Assembly: GCA_000934665.2 (NCBI GenBank)
Contig: KZ538281.1
Location: 1-64,000 of the forward strand
Direction of reading: 5' to 3'
DNA length: 64,000 nt
From: Catajapyx aquilonaris
Taxonomy: Eukaryota
The number at the start of each line of letters is the position of its first letter. The first letter of the stretch is position 1. The notes beneath the pieces are model-generated. The model was not told the origin of the DNA, ran no database searches, and saw only the letters and a list, made by a program, of their open reading frames with translations. Of this stretch, positions 27,238 to 39,400 are shown piece by piece. The position numbers and the translations under genes were made by a program.

Positions 27238-30200
27238 ATGCAAGGGTTGCCATTGCTGCCAGGAAATTCATTTAGGGATCCGACCGTAAGTGGAGCCAAC
27301 TTTTCCTTTTAAATTGTTATTTATCCCGTAATAATAATAATGTGTTTATTGGATCGTTATTATAGGAGAACAAGTTCCACCTGAGCCAAGCATTCGACAT
27401 AAAGAATGGGTTCAGGATCCCTCGAAACAAATTGTTCGCCCCAGGGGGCAAGCCAATCTGCCACCAGCAGCCCCAGATCGCGGATGTCAACGACCTGGGC
27501 AGCTTTGACCCCTCGCTGACCTACGGCCCGGCCAAAGACCCTGCCCCTCCTCCGTTCCTCCCGTCCTTCTGCGCATACGACAAGAAGGCCCTCCACTTCA
27601 AAGGGTACTTCAAGCAGACGGTGGTCGAATCGCCCAAGGAGTCCTACAGGGTCAGATTCGTCGACTTCTACTACTTCCTGGACGACGACTCCATGTGCGT
27701 CGTTGAGAATCCAGTCGACGTAAGTATTAATTCCGTCACACTGCTAGCGACATTTTCCGATGCGGCAGACGTGCAAATCGAAGTGCGAGCCGTGCGAGTA
27801 ACAAATGGTAGCCCTTAGGTGTGACGTCACTGGCTGGGGGACAAGCCTTTTCGAGTTTTCTCCATTGCCCCCTCCCCAGACTGCGACGTCACTCAAGGCA
27901 TCTTCTTAGGGTCGCCTGTCTGACCGCCAATTTACTTTACCTCCAAAAGTCCTGACCGCCAATGTCCTTTACCGCCAAAAGTCCTGGCCGCCATTTTCCT
28001 TTACCGCCAAAAGTCCCGACCGCCAATTTCCTTTGCCGACAAATGCCCTCACCGCCAATGTCCTTTACCGCCAAAAGTCCTGGCCGCCATTTTCCTTTAC
28101 CGCCAAAAGTCCCGACCGCCAATTTCCTTTGCCGCCAACACAGGTCTGCCAACTGATTCAATCTGAGCCTGAGACTAGCTGGAAAGCTGTCATATAAGCT
28201 ACTACTACTACTTTCAGCCCCACTTTCCAACTATGCCGCCATTTTGGATACGGATCTAGCAACTTATTTGGCGGCAAAGGAAATTGGCGGCCAGGACTTT
28301 TGGCGGTAACGGAAAATGTGTGTTGGCGGTAAAGGAAATTGGCGGTCAGGACTTTTGGCGGTAACGGAAAATGTGCGTTGGCGGTAAAGGAAATTGGCGG
28401 TCAGGACTTTTGGCGGTAACGGAAAATGTGTGTTGCCGGTAGCGGAAATTGGCGGTCAGGGAGGCGGCCCCTCTTCTTACTCGTACGGCTCACACTTTGA
28501 TTTGCACTTCTGCGGCTTCGGCAAATGTCGCTAGCAGTATGACGCGATTAATGGTGGTGCCACGAGGATATGGCAGCAATAAAAGAGCGAATCCGAATTG
28601 GCTGATCTTTACTTTTCAGAACTCGGGCATGCCCCAAGGGAAGCTGATCGCCCGTCACAGGATCCCTAAGGACGACCAGGGAGGGTGTTACCACTGGAAG
28701 GACCTCAGGCTTGGGAAGGAGATATGCATCTACGGGAAGGTCTTCTTCCTGACGGACTGCGACGCCTTCAGCAGGGAGTTCCTCAAGAGCGAGGGGATCG
28801 ACGTCGGTCAGCCGCACTCCACCCCTCCAGACCCGTACACACAAGGAAGGGCCCTCGGGGTGCCTAATGTAAGTACAGTCAAGAACAGCAGGTCAAGCAT
28901 CGGTCGCACTGTCAACTCGTTTTCCTTCCAGTTGACGTACGAGACGAAGCGAGTCGAGGATGACAAGCTGGCCAAGTTCCTCAAAAACGACAAGAAGGTC
29001 CTCAGGTTCTACGTGATGGGAGGGGACTCGAAGTGCCTGGAGGACCTCATCAGGTACATCATCCACTTCTACCTGGCCGACGACACCGTCGAGATCGTCG
29101 AGGTCAACACGCCGAACGACGGGCGAGACGGGTTTCCCATCATGCTCAGGAGGCAGCGGGTCGCCAAGCAGTGGGACAACATACCGCGTGAGTAACACTT
29201 TTGGGTTGCATCATGCGAGGATGAAAATGTATATACCCAAGTGGAAAGGTGGCGCTGAAGGGAGTAAGGTAGCAGACCTGAAGCTCAAAATTTGCCTCCA
29301 AGGAAGGACTCTCCTTAGAGGCTATTTTATATACCGGAAAAAGAACGGCGACGCAGGCCTACGAACGTTATTGTGGCTTTGCAAAGAAAAGCCTGTCCTT
29401 AGAGGCTACTTTATACCGGAAAAATAACGGCGACGCAGGCCGACGAACGTTATTGTGGCTTTGCAAAGAAAAGCCTGTCCTTAGAGGCTATTTTATATAC
29501 CGGAAAAATAACGGCGACGCAGGCCGACGAACGTTATTGTGGCTTTGCGAAGAACAGCCTGTCCTTAGAGGCTATTTTATTCCGGAAAAAGAACGGCGAC
29601 GCAGGCCGACGAACGTTATTGTGGCTTTGCCAAGAAAGGCCTGTCCTTAGAGGCTATTTTATACCGGAAAAATAGCGGCGACGCAGGCCGACGAACGTTA
29701 TTGTGGCTTTGCAAAGAAAGGCCTGTCCTTAGAGGCTATTTTGAGCTTCAAGGTCTGCTGACTACACATTACACGACGACCTTTTTGATGGTTTTCCACC
29801 CCCTGTATGTATAGTTGACTTTCCGTCCATCGCGATGGAATCGATGGAGTCGGAGTTCAAGGCGTACCTGACCGCCGAGGACTTCGTTCCGGGCAAGACG
29901 GTGCACATCCTGAACCGCAAGTTCCTGGTGTACGACGTGGACGGGTTCACCAGGAGGTACATGTGCGACATGCTGGGGCTGACGGACCTTCCGAAGGTGG
30001 ACCTGCCCACATCCGGACACCAGTGTCCCAAACCGGTGGGTTTGTTATTATACGACTCGAAAAATGTGTACGGTGTATTTCCATCGTCGTCAATTATTAT
30101 AATAATATATTATATTGTGTGTAGATAATCCCTCCGTACACCGGGTACGGCGAGGTGGAGGACACCCTGCACAACCTGTACCGCACGGTGATCCAGCCTC

Positions 30201-32490
30201 CGAAGAAGGACGTGGCCCGCATCCTGGTCCGGACGGAGGTGATGCGCTTCGAGGCCCGCATGGTGAGCCCGTACGCGCAGGACGACGGGCGTCGCGTGGT
30301 GATCACCCTGTACCTGGGGGACGACACCCTGGCGGTGTACGAGTCGAGCAGGAGGAACTCGGGCCGCGTCGAGGGGCCCTTCCTCAAGAGGGGGAGGGTC
30401 CTCCTGCCAGGGACCACGAACAACAACCCCGTCTACTACCTCCCAAAGCACTTCTACCCAGGTCAGCATCTCGCTGCACTCATCATCATCATGCGGAATA
30501 TATACTATATAAAGGGGCGGGTCGACGACCAATCAAATCTATCCGATCAATTATATTGGTCAATGAATTAATTAATCGATGAATCAGTATCAATGATCAG
30601 TCAACCAATGAATTCATTAAAGCATTCATTAATCAATGAAGGAATCAATTAATCAACTAATCAATCAATCAAAGTATCAATCAATCAATCAACTAAAGAA
30701 TCCATCAATGAATCAACTAAGGAATTGACCAATTAATTAATCAATGAATCATTTAATTGATCAAGTAATTAATCAATGAAGTAATGAATTAATACACGAA
30801 TTAAATAATTAATCAATGAATTAATCAATCAATGAAGGAGTCAATGAATCTACTAAAGAATCAATCAATCAATCATTTAATTGATCAGTGAATTATGCAA
30901 TGAATTAATACACGAATTAAATAATTAATCCATGAATTAATTAATCAATCAGTAAAGGATTTAATTAATGAACTGATTAATCAATGAATCAAGGATATGA
31001 TTAATGAACTAATCACTCAATATTCATTAATCAGTGAATTAATTAATTAATTAATCAGTGAAGGAAGGTATCTATCTATGAATTAATTAATCAGTGAGTC
31101 AGTCAATAAATATGAATCAATCGATGCAAATTATCCAATGAAGTAATCAATCGATAAATTAATAAATAAGGAAAGATAATGATTCTGGGAGTTGCTCAGA
31201 TAACCGTGCAAAGGATACATCCTAGCTGTGACACTTCCATCGCCTTTTAACGGAAACTAAGTTAAAGTTAAATTTACGTACTGCACTTGTGCTCATATAG
31301 GTCTATATCACACAGTTTGTATACATGTACACACATGTACTGTACATGCACATATCAATTATGTACAATGTGCATGGCGTTTTGGTGCAGGTGCTGTGGT
31401 GGAGCTGTCCGGCCGTCGCTTCATAATAACGAGTGCGGACAAGAACATAATGGAGATGGCCAGGAAGTACCCTGACGTGATGCCGGCGGAGCAGCTGCAG
31501 GCCTGGAGGTGCCACTTCGACCGGTGCGGACCATTCGACCCTGCCCCTGAGCCAGGCCCTCCCCCGCAGCCCCAGCCCTGCGAGGACCCAGACGCTCCGC
31601 AGAGGTACCGAGCCGAGGAGACCCCACCGCCTCACCCATGCGACCACCCCTCGCCAAGGGCAGAGTTCTACTCCCAGGGCCCCAGGGCTTGGGACGGCTT
31701 CTGCAAGGTGTGCGGAGGGCAGTGGGGCTGTGTCTGCGGGAAGGCAAAGGGGCCGGACCTGCCCCCTCTGGACGCCACAGCGCCCAGGATCCCAGGGTGC
31801 ACCTGCATGTGCGGGATGCAGAAGTGGATGGGCAAATGCACCTGCTCCAAGCAACAGCCAGGTCAGCCACGCATTGTTCAAGTACATCGGCACACGCGTA
31901 ATTAATCAATTATTCAATGCAGCTATGCCGGTGTACCGTCCCCAACCGGACAAGCCCCACCGCGACGGGGACCCTCTCCCTCCGTGCTGCAAGTGCAACA
32001 ACCCAGCCGGATGCAGCTGCGGGAGGCGCGGATGCCTGGACCCCTGCGCGGATGTCTACCAGCCTCCGCCGCCGCCTGAAATGCCCTACCCTCCGACCGA
32101 CCCACCGTCCACCTACAGGGACCCAAGTAAGGAATTTGGGGACGCCTTTTCCATTACTATCGGTAAACCTTGTCATTTGCAGCCTCCTGCAGGGCCACTA
32201 CGCCCCTGCCACCCTGCCCCAAGTATCCGGATGGTTACGACCCCATGGCGTACAAGGGGTCTTTCGAGAGATCCACGATGCCCCTGCATGCATCCATGGG
32301 GGTCGGTGACAGGGAGAGGGACGCCCGGGCCATCTTCGGCAACTCGCCTCAAGACTGCAACGAGTTTGATTCCCAAGCCATGGGACTAGGCAGCCCTCCG
32401 TTGGGATGCTGCGCTCCAGTGACCGGCGGCGCTCCAGTGGCCGGCAACGAAGGCATGCGGAGCTCGGAACCAAAGCCCTGCTGCAAGTGA
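27238..32490 (+). CDS. EFHC1: EF-hand domain-containing protein 1 / Rib72 homologue (three DM10 domains) with a Cys/Pro-rich C-terminal extension
   Basis: Exons 27238-27285, 27366-27719, 28620-28868, 28932-29187, 29815-30035, 30125-30461, 31391-31861, 31923-32126, 32183-32490, all GT-AG and in phase. N-terminus MQGLPLLPGNSFRDPT|ENKFHLSQ matches the EFHC1 N-terminus. DM10 motifs YDKKALHFKGYF..YFLDDDSM..ENPVDNSGMPQGKL, NDKKVLRFY..FYLADDTVEI and PPYTGYG..ED..PPKKD..MRFEARM..LYLGDDTLAVYE..RNSG..GPFLKR. Confidence 0.93.
27726..28552. mobile_element. MITE family A copy in EFHC1 intron 2, interrupted by a nested foldback element
   Basis: attaattccgtcacactgctagcgacattt... is inverted to ...aaatgtcgctagcagtatgacgcgattaat; homologous to 3455-3690 in opposite orientation. 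Confidence 0.85.
27909..28470. mobile_element. Foldback Mutator-like (MULE) non-autonomous element with tandem subterminal repeats
   Basis: Ends gggtcgcc / ggcggccc. Arms are built of ttaccgccaaaagtcctgaccgccaatttcctt repeats and their inverse. Flanking 9-bp duplication atcttctta (27900-27908) / ctcttctta (28471-28479), typical of MULE target sites. Confidence 0.8.
29262..29767. mobile_element. TIR family B element in EFHC1 intron 4, filled with five 82-84-bp tandem units
   Basis: gagtaaggtagcagacctgaagctcaaaatttgcctccaagg is inverted to ccttagaggctattttgagcttcaaggtctgctg; the block gcctgtccttagaggct recurs at 29391, 29473, 29557, 29639 and 29721. Confidence 0.85.
30560..31165. repeat. Low-complexity (AATC/AATT/AATG)n intronic satellite
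   Basis: Degenerate tetranucleotide repeats such as aatcaatcaatc and attaattaatcaatg in EFHC1 intron 6. Confidence 0.85.
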
Positions 32491-33401
32491 GAGACGGAAA
32501 GGATGGCAGGCAACATATCTTTTTTCAAACGGAAATTTAATCGTTCAGCACCTGGCAAAAAAAAAAAAAAACCAACCAGATCCTCAAGATTCATCAGAAA
32601 TTTTACATTGTCAGTTTTTTTCCTTTTTGAAGCAATTGTAGCACATGTGTAGGGAGATGGGAGGGGGGGGAATGATGAATTTTAATTGCCAGCTCTACAC
32701 GGCAAAAAAAAAATATATATATATATGAGAAATGATGACGCAATTAATAAAAAAAAAGAATTTTAAAAACCTTAAGGCCTACCCTCGACAACAACCTAAA
32801 AAAAAAAAGTCACTTCATAGAAGCCATTAAGGGGAGATGGGAGGGTGTCTTTTTTTTCTCATTATTTATTTTTTAAAATGGGATGGGAGACCTACGGCTA
32901 ACTAATTCTAAAATATAATTATATGTACATAAGTTAAATCCGTGGGGGGGATGGGCTAGGGGGATGGGGGGGCATGTATTATATATTTTTTTGTGTGTAT
33001 TTTATTTTAAAACATTTATGCTCCAAAAACGAACACGAGGCCACTCATTCCACTCCGTCTTGGTATGAAAATAATCGACTTCACTACAAGTTTGTGACTT
33101 CACTCGGGATCGAGCGTTTTTCAGTTTCGAGAAGGGGGGGCGGTGGGGGGGAATTGATAAAAGCTGGCTGATTTTTAAATATTTTAACGCCGTAAAAGCA
33201 ATATGCACTGTTTTGGGTTTTTAAAGAAGGCATTGCACACCACACCTAAAACGCATGTGAGCCAGCCCAGCTTTTTGTCGTCGAAGAAGGAGAGAGGCTT
33301 TTTTTTTGTGTGTGTGTGTGTGTGGAAATGATGGGTTATCGTTGTGGAAAATAATATTAAATGATAATTATGATAATTTAAAATAAAAAAAAGAGGAGGT
33401 T

Positions 33402-36400
33402 CTAGGATTGGAAAGATGGGAGAGCGGTGGCCCTAAGTATGGCCATGATGGCTGCACTAAGCGCTCCGGAGACAGGAACGGTCACCATCCAGGCGAATAT
33501 TATGTTCCTGGAAATATGGGAGACGAGTTTCACTTTTTAATAAATATTAACGCACTCGAAATGATATCTGGTTAATTTGAAGTGATGCTTCATGATAATC
33601 TCTTGAGAGATTACGTTTATGTTCTCACCTGAAGAGTTTCCAGTCTACTCCTCCACTCTTTGAGCGTGCCCACCCTGTAAATACGACTGAGCCAACTTTG
33701 CAGTGAGTAGTGCTGATTGGAAGGCCGATCTTGGAGGCCACCAGGACGGTAAAGGCAGCCCCAATCTCAATCGTGAACCCGCTGAAAAAGAAGTCCAATT
33801 AATCTTTATTTGTAACATGTCGCACAGTCGCAACAAGTCGTACACACTAAATACAAATCGAAAGCGCTTATTTCAGTACGACTGATAAATTCGGAGTGAG
33901 CAACATTCGAGAATCACAAAAAAAAGTGTCGCAACCTTGACTCTTTACTTCAAGGCATGATATTTTTATCTAACGTTATCAATTCAACATTTTTTTTTTT
34001 AAACGCTAAAATCTTGCCGAATTTACTCGATAATGTGTGCGACTGATGGTGTCGACTACTCACCTTGATGGAGTGATCTTGGTGAGATCTTCCCCGAGAG
34101 TCTTGATGACCCTCCTCCCCCACACCCAGAGACCAATGGAGATTCCCACTCCGCCGTACAGCAAGAGGTACAAGGGTGTGTCTGCCTTCTGAGCCGCAGA
34201 TCCTTCCTGGTACACCAGCCATAGGGCAATGAGTGGTCCTATTGCATTGCTGTTAAATTAAAATGTGTCAGTTCAGCAGTTACTCTCTGTTCTTACACTA
34301 GATAATTGCTAAAATAATTTTTTGTTAAAAATATGTCGTACCTGACATCATTTCCGCCATGAGCAAACGATCCGAATGTCGCCGTGAGAATTTGCAGAAA
34401 AGAGAAGAGTTTTCCAACCTCCGGAGGGTCGCTGCATTCCACTGAACTCGATCGACCTCCGGACTCTTCATCGTCGAGATGACGCTGCGTTAACGAGAAG
34501 GAAACAGATTCAGCTGCAAGTGCGTCATGTGTCGAGATTTTTTTTTTGGGTCCGTCCCAGTTACTACCAGTATTATTAGGCAATGTTTACTTTCTTCTCT
34601 TGGTAAATATTTCTCCATAGCCTGATGCAAGAATGAAGAGCTAAGGCTAACGTTGAATGAAAATGTTAATAAAAATTAATCGGCTAATTCATTACAGACG
34701 TTTCATTACGCTAAATAATTTTCTGTTAAGAATTTGCACATTACGGGATGAGGTTCAATGCACCTTAATTATTTTTAAATCACATTTCGCAATGTTGCTT
34801 CATTACTGAATGGACACCATGAAGGACAAAAAAGGTTTGTTGCCTGCTCCTTTTTGCTCGGCAAGGACAAACTCCTGTTTACATCCGTGAGATTATTTTA
34901 TTTCTAGGCCATTCTCCGTAATAGCAAAAAGTAAAAAAAAACAACAGCACTTTCAATCGACGCTTTCAGATAAACCCCCCAGAGGACGAAGTGTCAGCAG
35001 GACAATCTCTCAACTTTATATAGATCCGGAACTGACCCGATCCAAATTCCTAGAATTATCACCACAGTGATGCGTGACAAGATGAACAAGTTTGTTGACA
35101 ATGGAAACGCTTACCATCGCAGCTTGTGATGGCGTTGCTTTGATGAGTGGTACAGCACTGCTGTTGGCCGTTATGGTGCCTGTCGACATAAGAGTTTGCG
35201 TTTAAGGACGTCTGAACAAAATCGCACTGACATGTTCATGCAATTATTTTTTATTGATTATGCGGCGCCATGTGCGGCGCACTGTGCCCCTCTTAAATTA
35301 TTTTAATAATTAGCGGAATGTCACATACCTCCGTCTGGATAGCTCAGGAGCGGCTGATCCTTCCCGTTCTTGGCGTCTCCCGCGTCAGGTTTCCTCACGT
35401 GTCCGTTCAGTACCGCTAACCTAAGCCCATTCTTCAGGTGTCCGTTTGAGGCGTTGTCTCCTCCACCATTGGTAATGGTGGTTGACTTCCCATTTATAAT
35501 AGGCTCAACAATGGGTGCAGGTGTGGAGCTCAGGTCGTTCAGAGAGATGCTCTTGGAAACGTTGGGGCTTGGTTCCCGACTCGTCTCGGCCGAACCGCCC
35601 ATCACGAAGTCACACTTGCCGTTCTCCTGGGCCAGCATGTCTGAGGAGCAACGAAATAAGTAAGTCGAGACTATCTAGCATCGTTCCATCGGAAGTCACA
35701 TCATTCGAGATGCCAACGATACGAGGAATGATTCAGATGTGTTCTATGCACGACAATGTCCGACACGTGATTGCAAAACAAGTTCCAATTAGTTCACAAG
35801 GGGTTAAAAGAGTTGAACTGCATCTGACAAGTTCATGATAATAACTCATGCGATAACTTGAAACTGTTCCAAAAGTCAAATACAGAATGGGAAAAAATCA
35901 GCTTCCATTTTTTATGTGGGTCCAACACTCTCGGTTGCAACCAACGACATCGAGAGAGAAATATTTTTTTGACCCCTCACAGACTACTTGGGAGGCTTGC
36001 GGGGAAAAAAAAGAAGGTGATGACGTCAAGCCGTCTCATGTGATGCCAATATTAATTTCAAAAGTCGAAGTTCCCATTAAACCCGAATGCATACAGTATC
36101 AAACATGAGGCAACATCATGGCTGCAGTTATCAACGATATTTCTTCATAACAAATAATAATACAGCCTCGCTTCGCATTTCTGAATTTCACATCTGGATA
36201 TGTAACTTGCACTTGACAAAATCACTTAACGCTAATGGTCAGACATATTGGGAAAAAAAATCTACGATTAATGATTAAATATTCATTTTGTCGTTGTAAC
36301 TCTGCCGTCCCAAGGTAAAAGGTTTTACCTCGGGACGGCAGAACTGGTCATAAAACATGATTTCTTACGGATGATTTGCTTGCGCATACGAGGAACCACA

Positions 36401-39400
36401 CAGGTCTGCACTATGATAGACGTTAGCGCTCCGACTCCCACAGCAGTGATTATGGCTCCCCACCACGGGATGTGGTCAAAGTACAACACTGGAAGTGGAA
36501 AAAAAAATTATCACTTAAGTGGTCACTTCAAATACTGATCAGACGAAGGGTTATGCTAATCGCAGTTATTAATAGTGAAATAATTCTTATTAATAATGGC
36601 CTAAGCCGCGTTTACTTGCAAGCGATTTATCCGCGATGTAGAGCGAACGTGATACAACGCGACGTACATCGCTGATAAATCACTCGCATGTAAACGCAGC
36701 TTTGGAGTTAATTTATGACAACCTTTTCAAACCTACAATGCTCAACGATTAGTGAAAAAAAAAAATCCAACTCACGCGACGGTCCGTCATGAACGATGGA
36801 AAATACGTTGACCATGAGGGTGAACCCGTAGAAAAACGGAAGGGATCGAAGCCCCGGTTCCAGTGGGTTCGGCTTCCCCAAAATGAACCTCCGGATCAGC
36901 ACGAAGATGACGGCTGACATTATTCCCGACAGTACAGGCGATATGAACCATGACGCAACTGAAATAGAAAAACATACAAATTAAACCCAGCGTGTTTTGG
37001 GACATCGACCTCTCAGGGCTTATTTAGTACCACGTATGATGTAAGTGGAAGTTGAGAAACAAGAGTTTGAAAAATTTTCTGCCTCTGTACTTCTTTGGCA
37101 ACCTTGAGTACCTGCCAAAGACTAGGCTGTTACGTATCTTGTTCGCTTTTGTTGCAGGCCCCGCTTTTTTTTTTGTGTGTTTCTTGGATGGACGTGTTTG
37201 TGGGTCAACAGGTCAACTTCTTTAAAAAAGTGGACTATCTCAAAATGTCAACTAATGATAGCTACTGCTGCATTGTGTCGGGCATCAAGATTATTTTCTG
37301 TTAGTACTGTGCATGTGCTCCGCAGGTGTTGTGCTTAAACGTTACATCAGTGATCACGAGGGGAAGTAAACCTTGGGTAATGCAACTACAACCATGGGAC
37401 TGAAATAAGTTCAAGCACCGCAAAACTAAAAATAAAAATTTTTGCAAATTAAAATTGTTTACCCATTTAAGTAATGCAAATCCTGTGCAATTAAATTCCC
37501 ATTTATGACCTGTCGAGTTAACTGCGTTTCAAACTGGTCGTACCAATTTTTCCAAGCATGGGCCAGTGAACCCCTGCTGTCCCTCGGGCCACCAGAGAGT
37601 ATCCGATTGTTGCCCCGACAATGCTGTGTGTACCGGAGATTGGCATCTTGAGGAAGGTGGCCACCAGAAGCCAGACGGCACTCCCAGCTGGAACAAAGAA
37701 ACGGCAAACATTTAAATCAGCCGTCCACCCACTCTGGGCCGCATTTCAGTTTCTGTCAATTCGAAACTTCCCCCCAAGTTCCTGAAACTGCACCGGAGAT
37801 CTATTATTAGCGGCCTTAAAGGCTGAGAATGCGTGGAAGAAGACCAGTCACACCACTAAAAATAAAATGCCTATGAAAATTACTCCCCAACTGGTTTACA
37901 TCCGCAGTGAAAAGTTCAATAAAGCCAAAGTCATGACGAGCACGTCGGAAAATATTAAGAAAAAAAAATCACACAATGCCTATTAATGTCTCGGAAGATT
38001 TTTTTCCCCTCCATTCAACATTGTTCGTACTTTTGTGCAATTGTCACTATAAATAGCCATCGCAATAGTTAAAAAAGCTGCGGTTAGGCTCTGAACCATG
38101 CCAGAATAAGCTTTCTGTTACATGCGATGCGCTGCAAAAAATTTTTGTGCAGATCCTCGCCTTCAAATTTAGTTTTTAGAGTGTTTACGTTCAACATGGA
38201 AAATCTGATGAGTTTACGGAATTAACCGAAATTTTTCTTGCCAGATTTTCACTGATACGGATGCGACATACACAAGAATGTAACTGCCGATATGGCTTGC
38301 ACCGATTCCAAATGATTTAACGCTGCGTTTACATGCAATTTTTTTTTTTTGCTACTTTCTTTCTAAACAATTGGGTTTCATAATCAAATTGCTCACATGT
38401 TCATTATAAACACTTCCTTTTGCTATATTAAGTAAATATTCTTAACATGTGTGTGATAATCAGTGACATAAGCCAGGAGGAACTGAGGATATATCAAGGA
38501 GGTATAATGGAAGAGAGACTGGCCAACACATGTCGCAATTTTGCTCTTTGGAATCGGGAGGCCACCAAAGGCAGGTCACCACTCGATACCCCACCCCCCC
38601 TCCCGCCATCCTATCTTCAACCTAGAAATAAACATAAGATATAGTGCGAGGGGGCGGAAAAAAACTTACCTAAGGCAGCTAGGTTTCCCATCATCAGCTC
38701 CTCTTCCGAGCCATCGTACATGTGAATGTCCAGGATGCCTTTCCGGACAGTATCGGACACTTTGTAACCTGAAAAGCACAAAAAGGTCAAGGTCACCTTC
38801 ATCCGCAACGCAAAGAGTCTAAACTACAATCAAAAATCTGTGGGTCATTCCACTGTAAATGACTAGGCATTAAATACAGCGATTTCTAGCTACTAGTTAT
38901 CAACAGATTATGAGATAACAAACCAAAACACATGTTAACGACAATACAAGAAAAAAAACGTAGTGCTTGGGAGGGACTCAGTGCTTCAAGCAGATGTAAC
39001 AGCACTGTAAAATAAGTGTAAACCCGCTGAACACTGGTTGAAAAAGACTGCATTAAAAATTAAACTGAGCGTATTTACATAATTTTGTCCCGCTTCGGAT
39101 AACTCGGATTTCAAGTGCAATGCAACAAAATCTTGCCGTCTATCGGACGAAAAGCGGAATCCGAGATTCCGTCCAACCTCGTGCAAACATGTCTTACATT
39201 AAATGCTAGGCGAGGATCCGAAGCTTTATACGTTGCACATTACAGTAATTGTAACGTCATATAATGCAACTGCACTTATTTGCTTTTCGTACTGCACATG
39301 GCCACAATGATAAAGATTAGATATTGTATATCATGCGAATGTTTACAACTACTTTCAAAATGATTCTTGCCAATCAATTTTTTACAAGTTTAGTATTACA

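Noticed and set aside
30097..32594. Numerous antisense and alternative-frame ORFs over EFHC1
   Set aside because: Expected shadow ORFs of high-GC3 coding exons.
33629..33781. Apparent premature stop in a late SLC20 exon
   Set aside because: Re-reading gives an intact frame ([23 protein letters not shown]); the TAG is in another frame.
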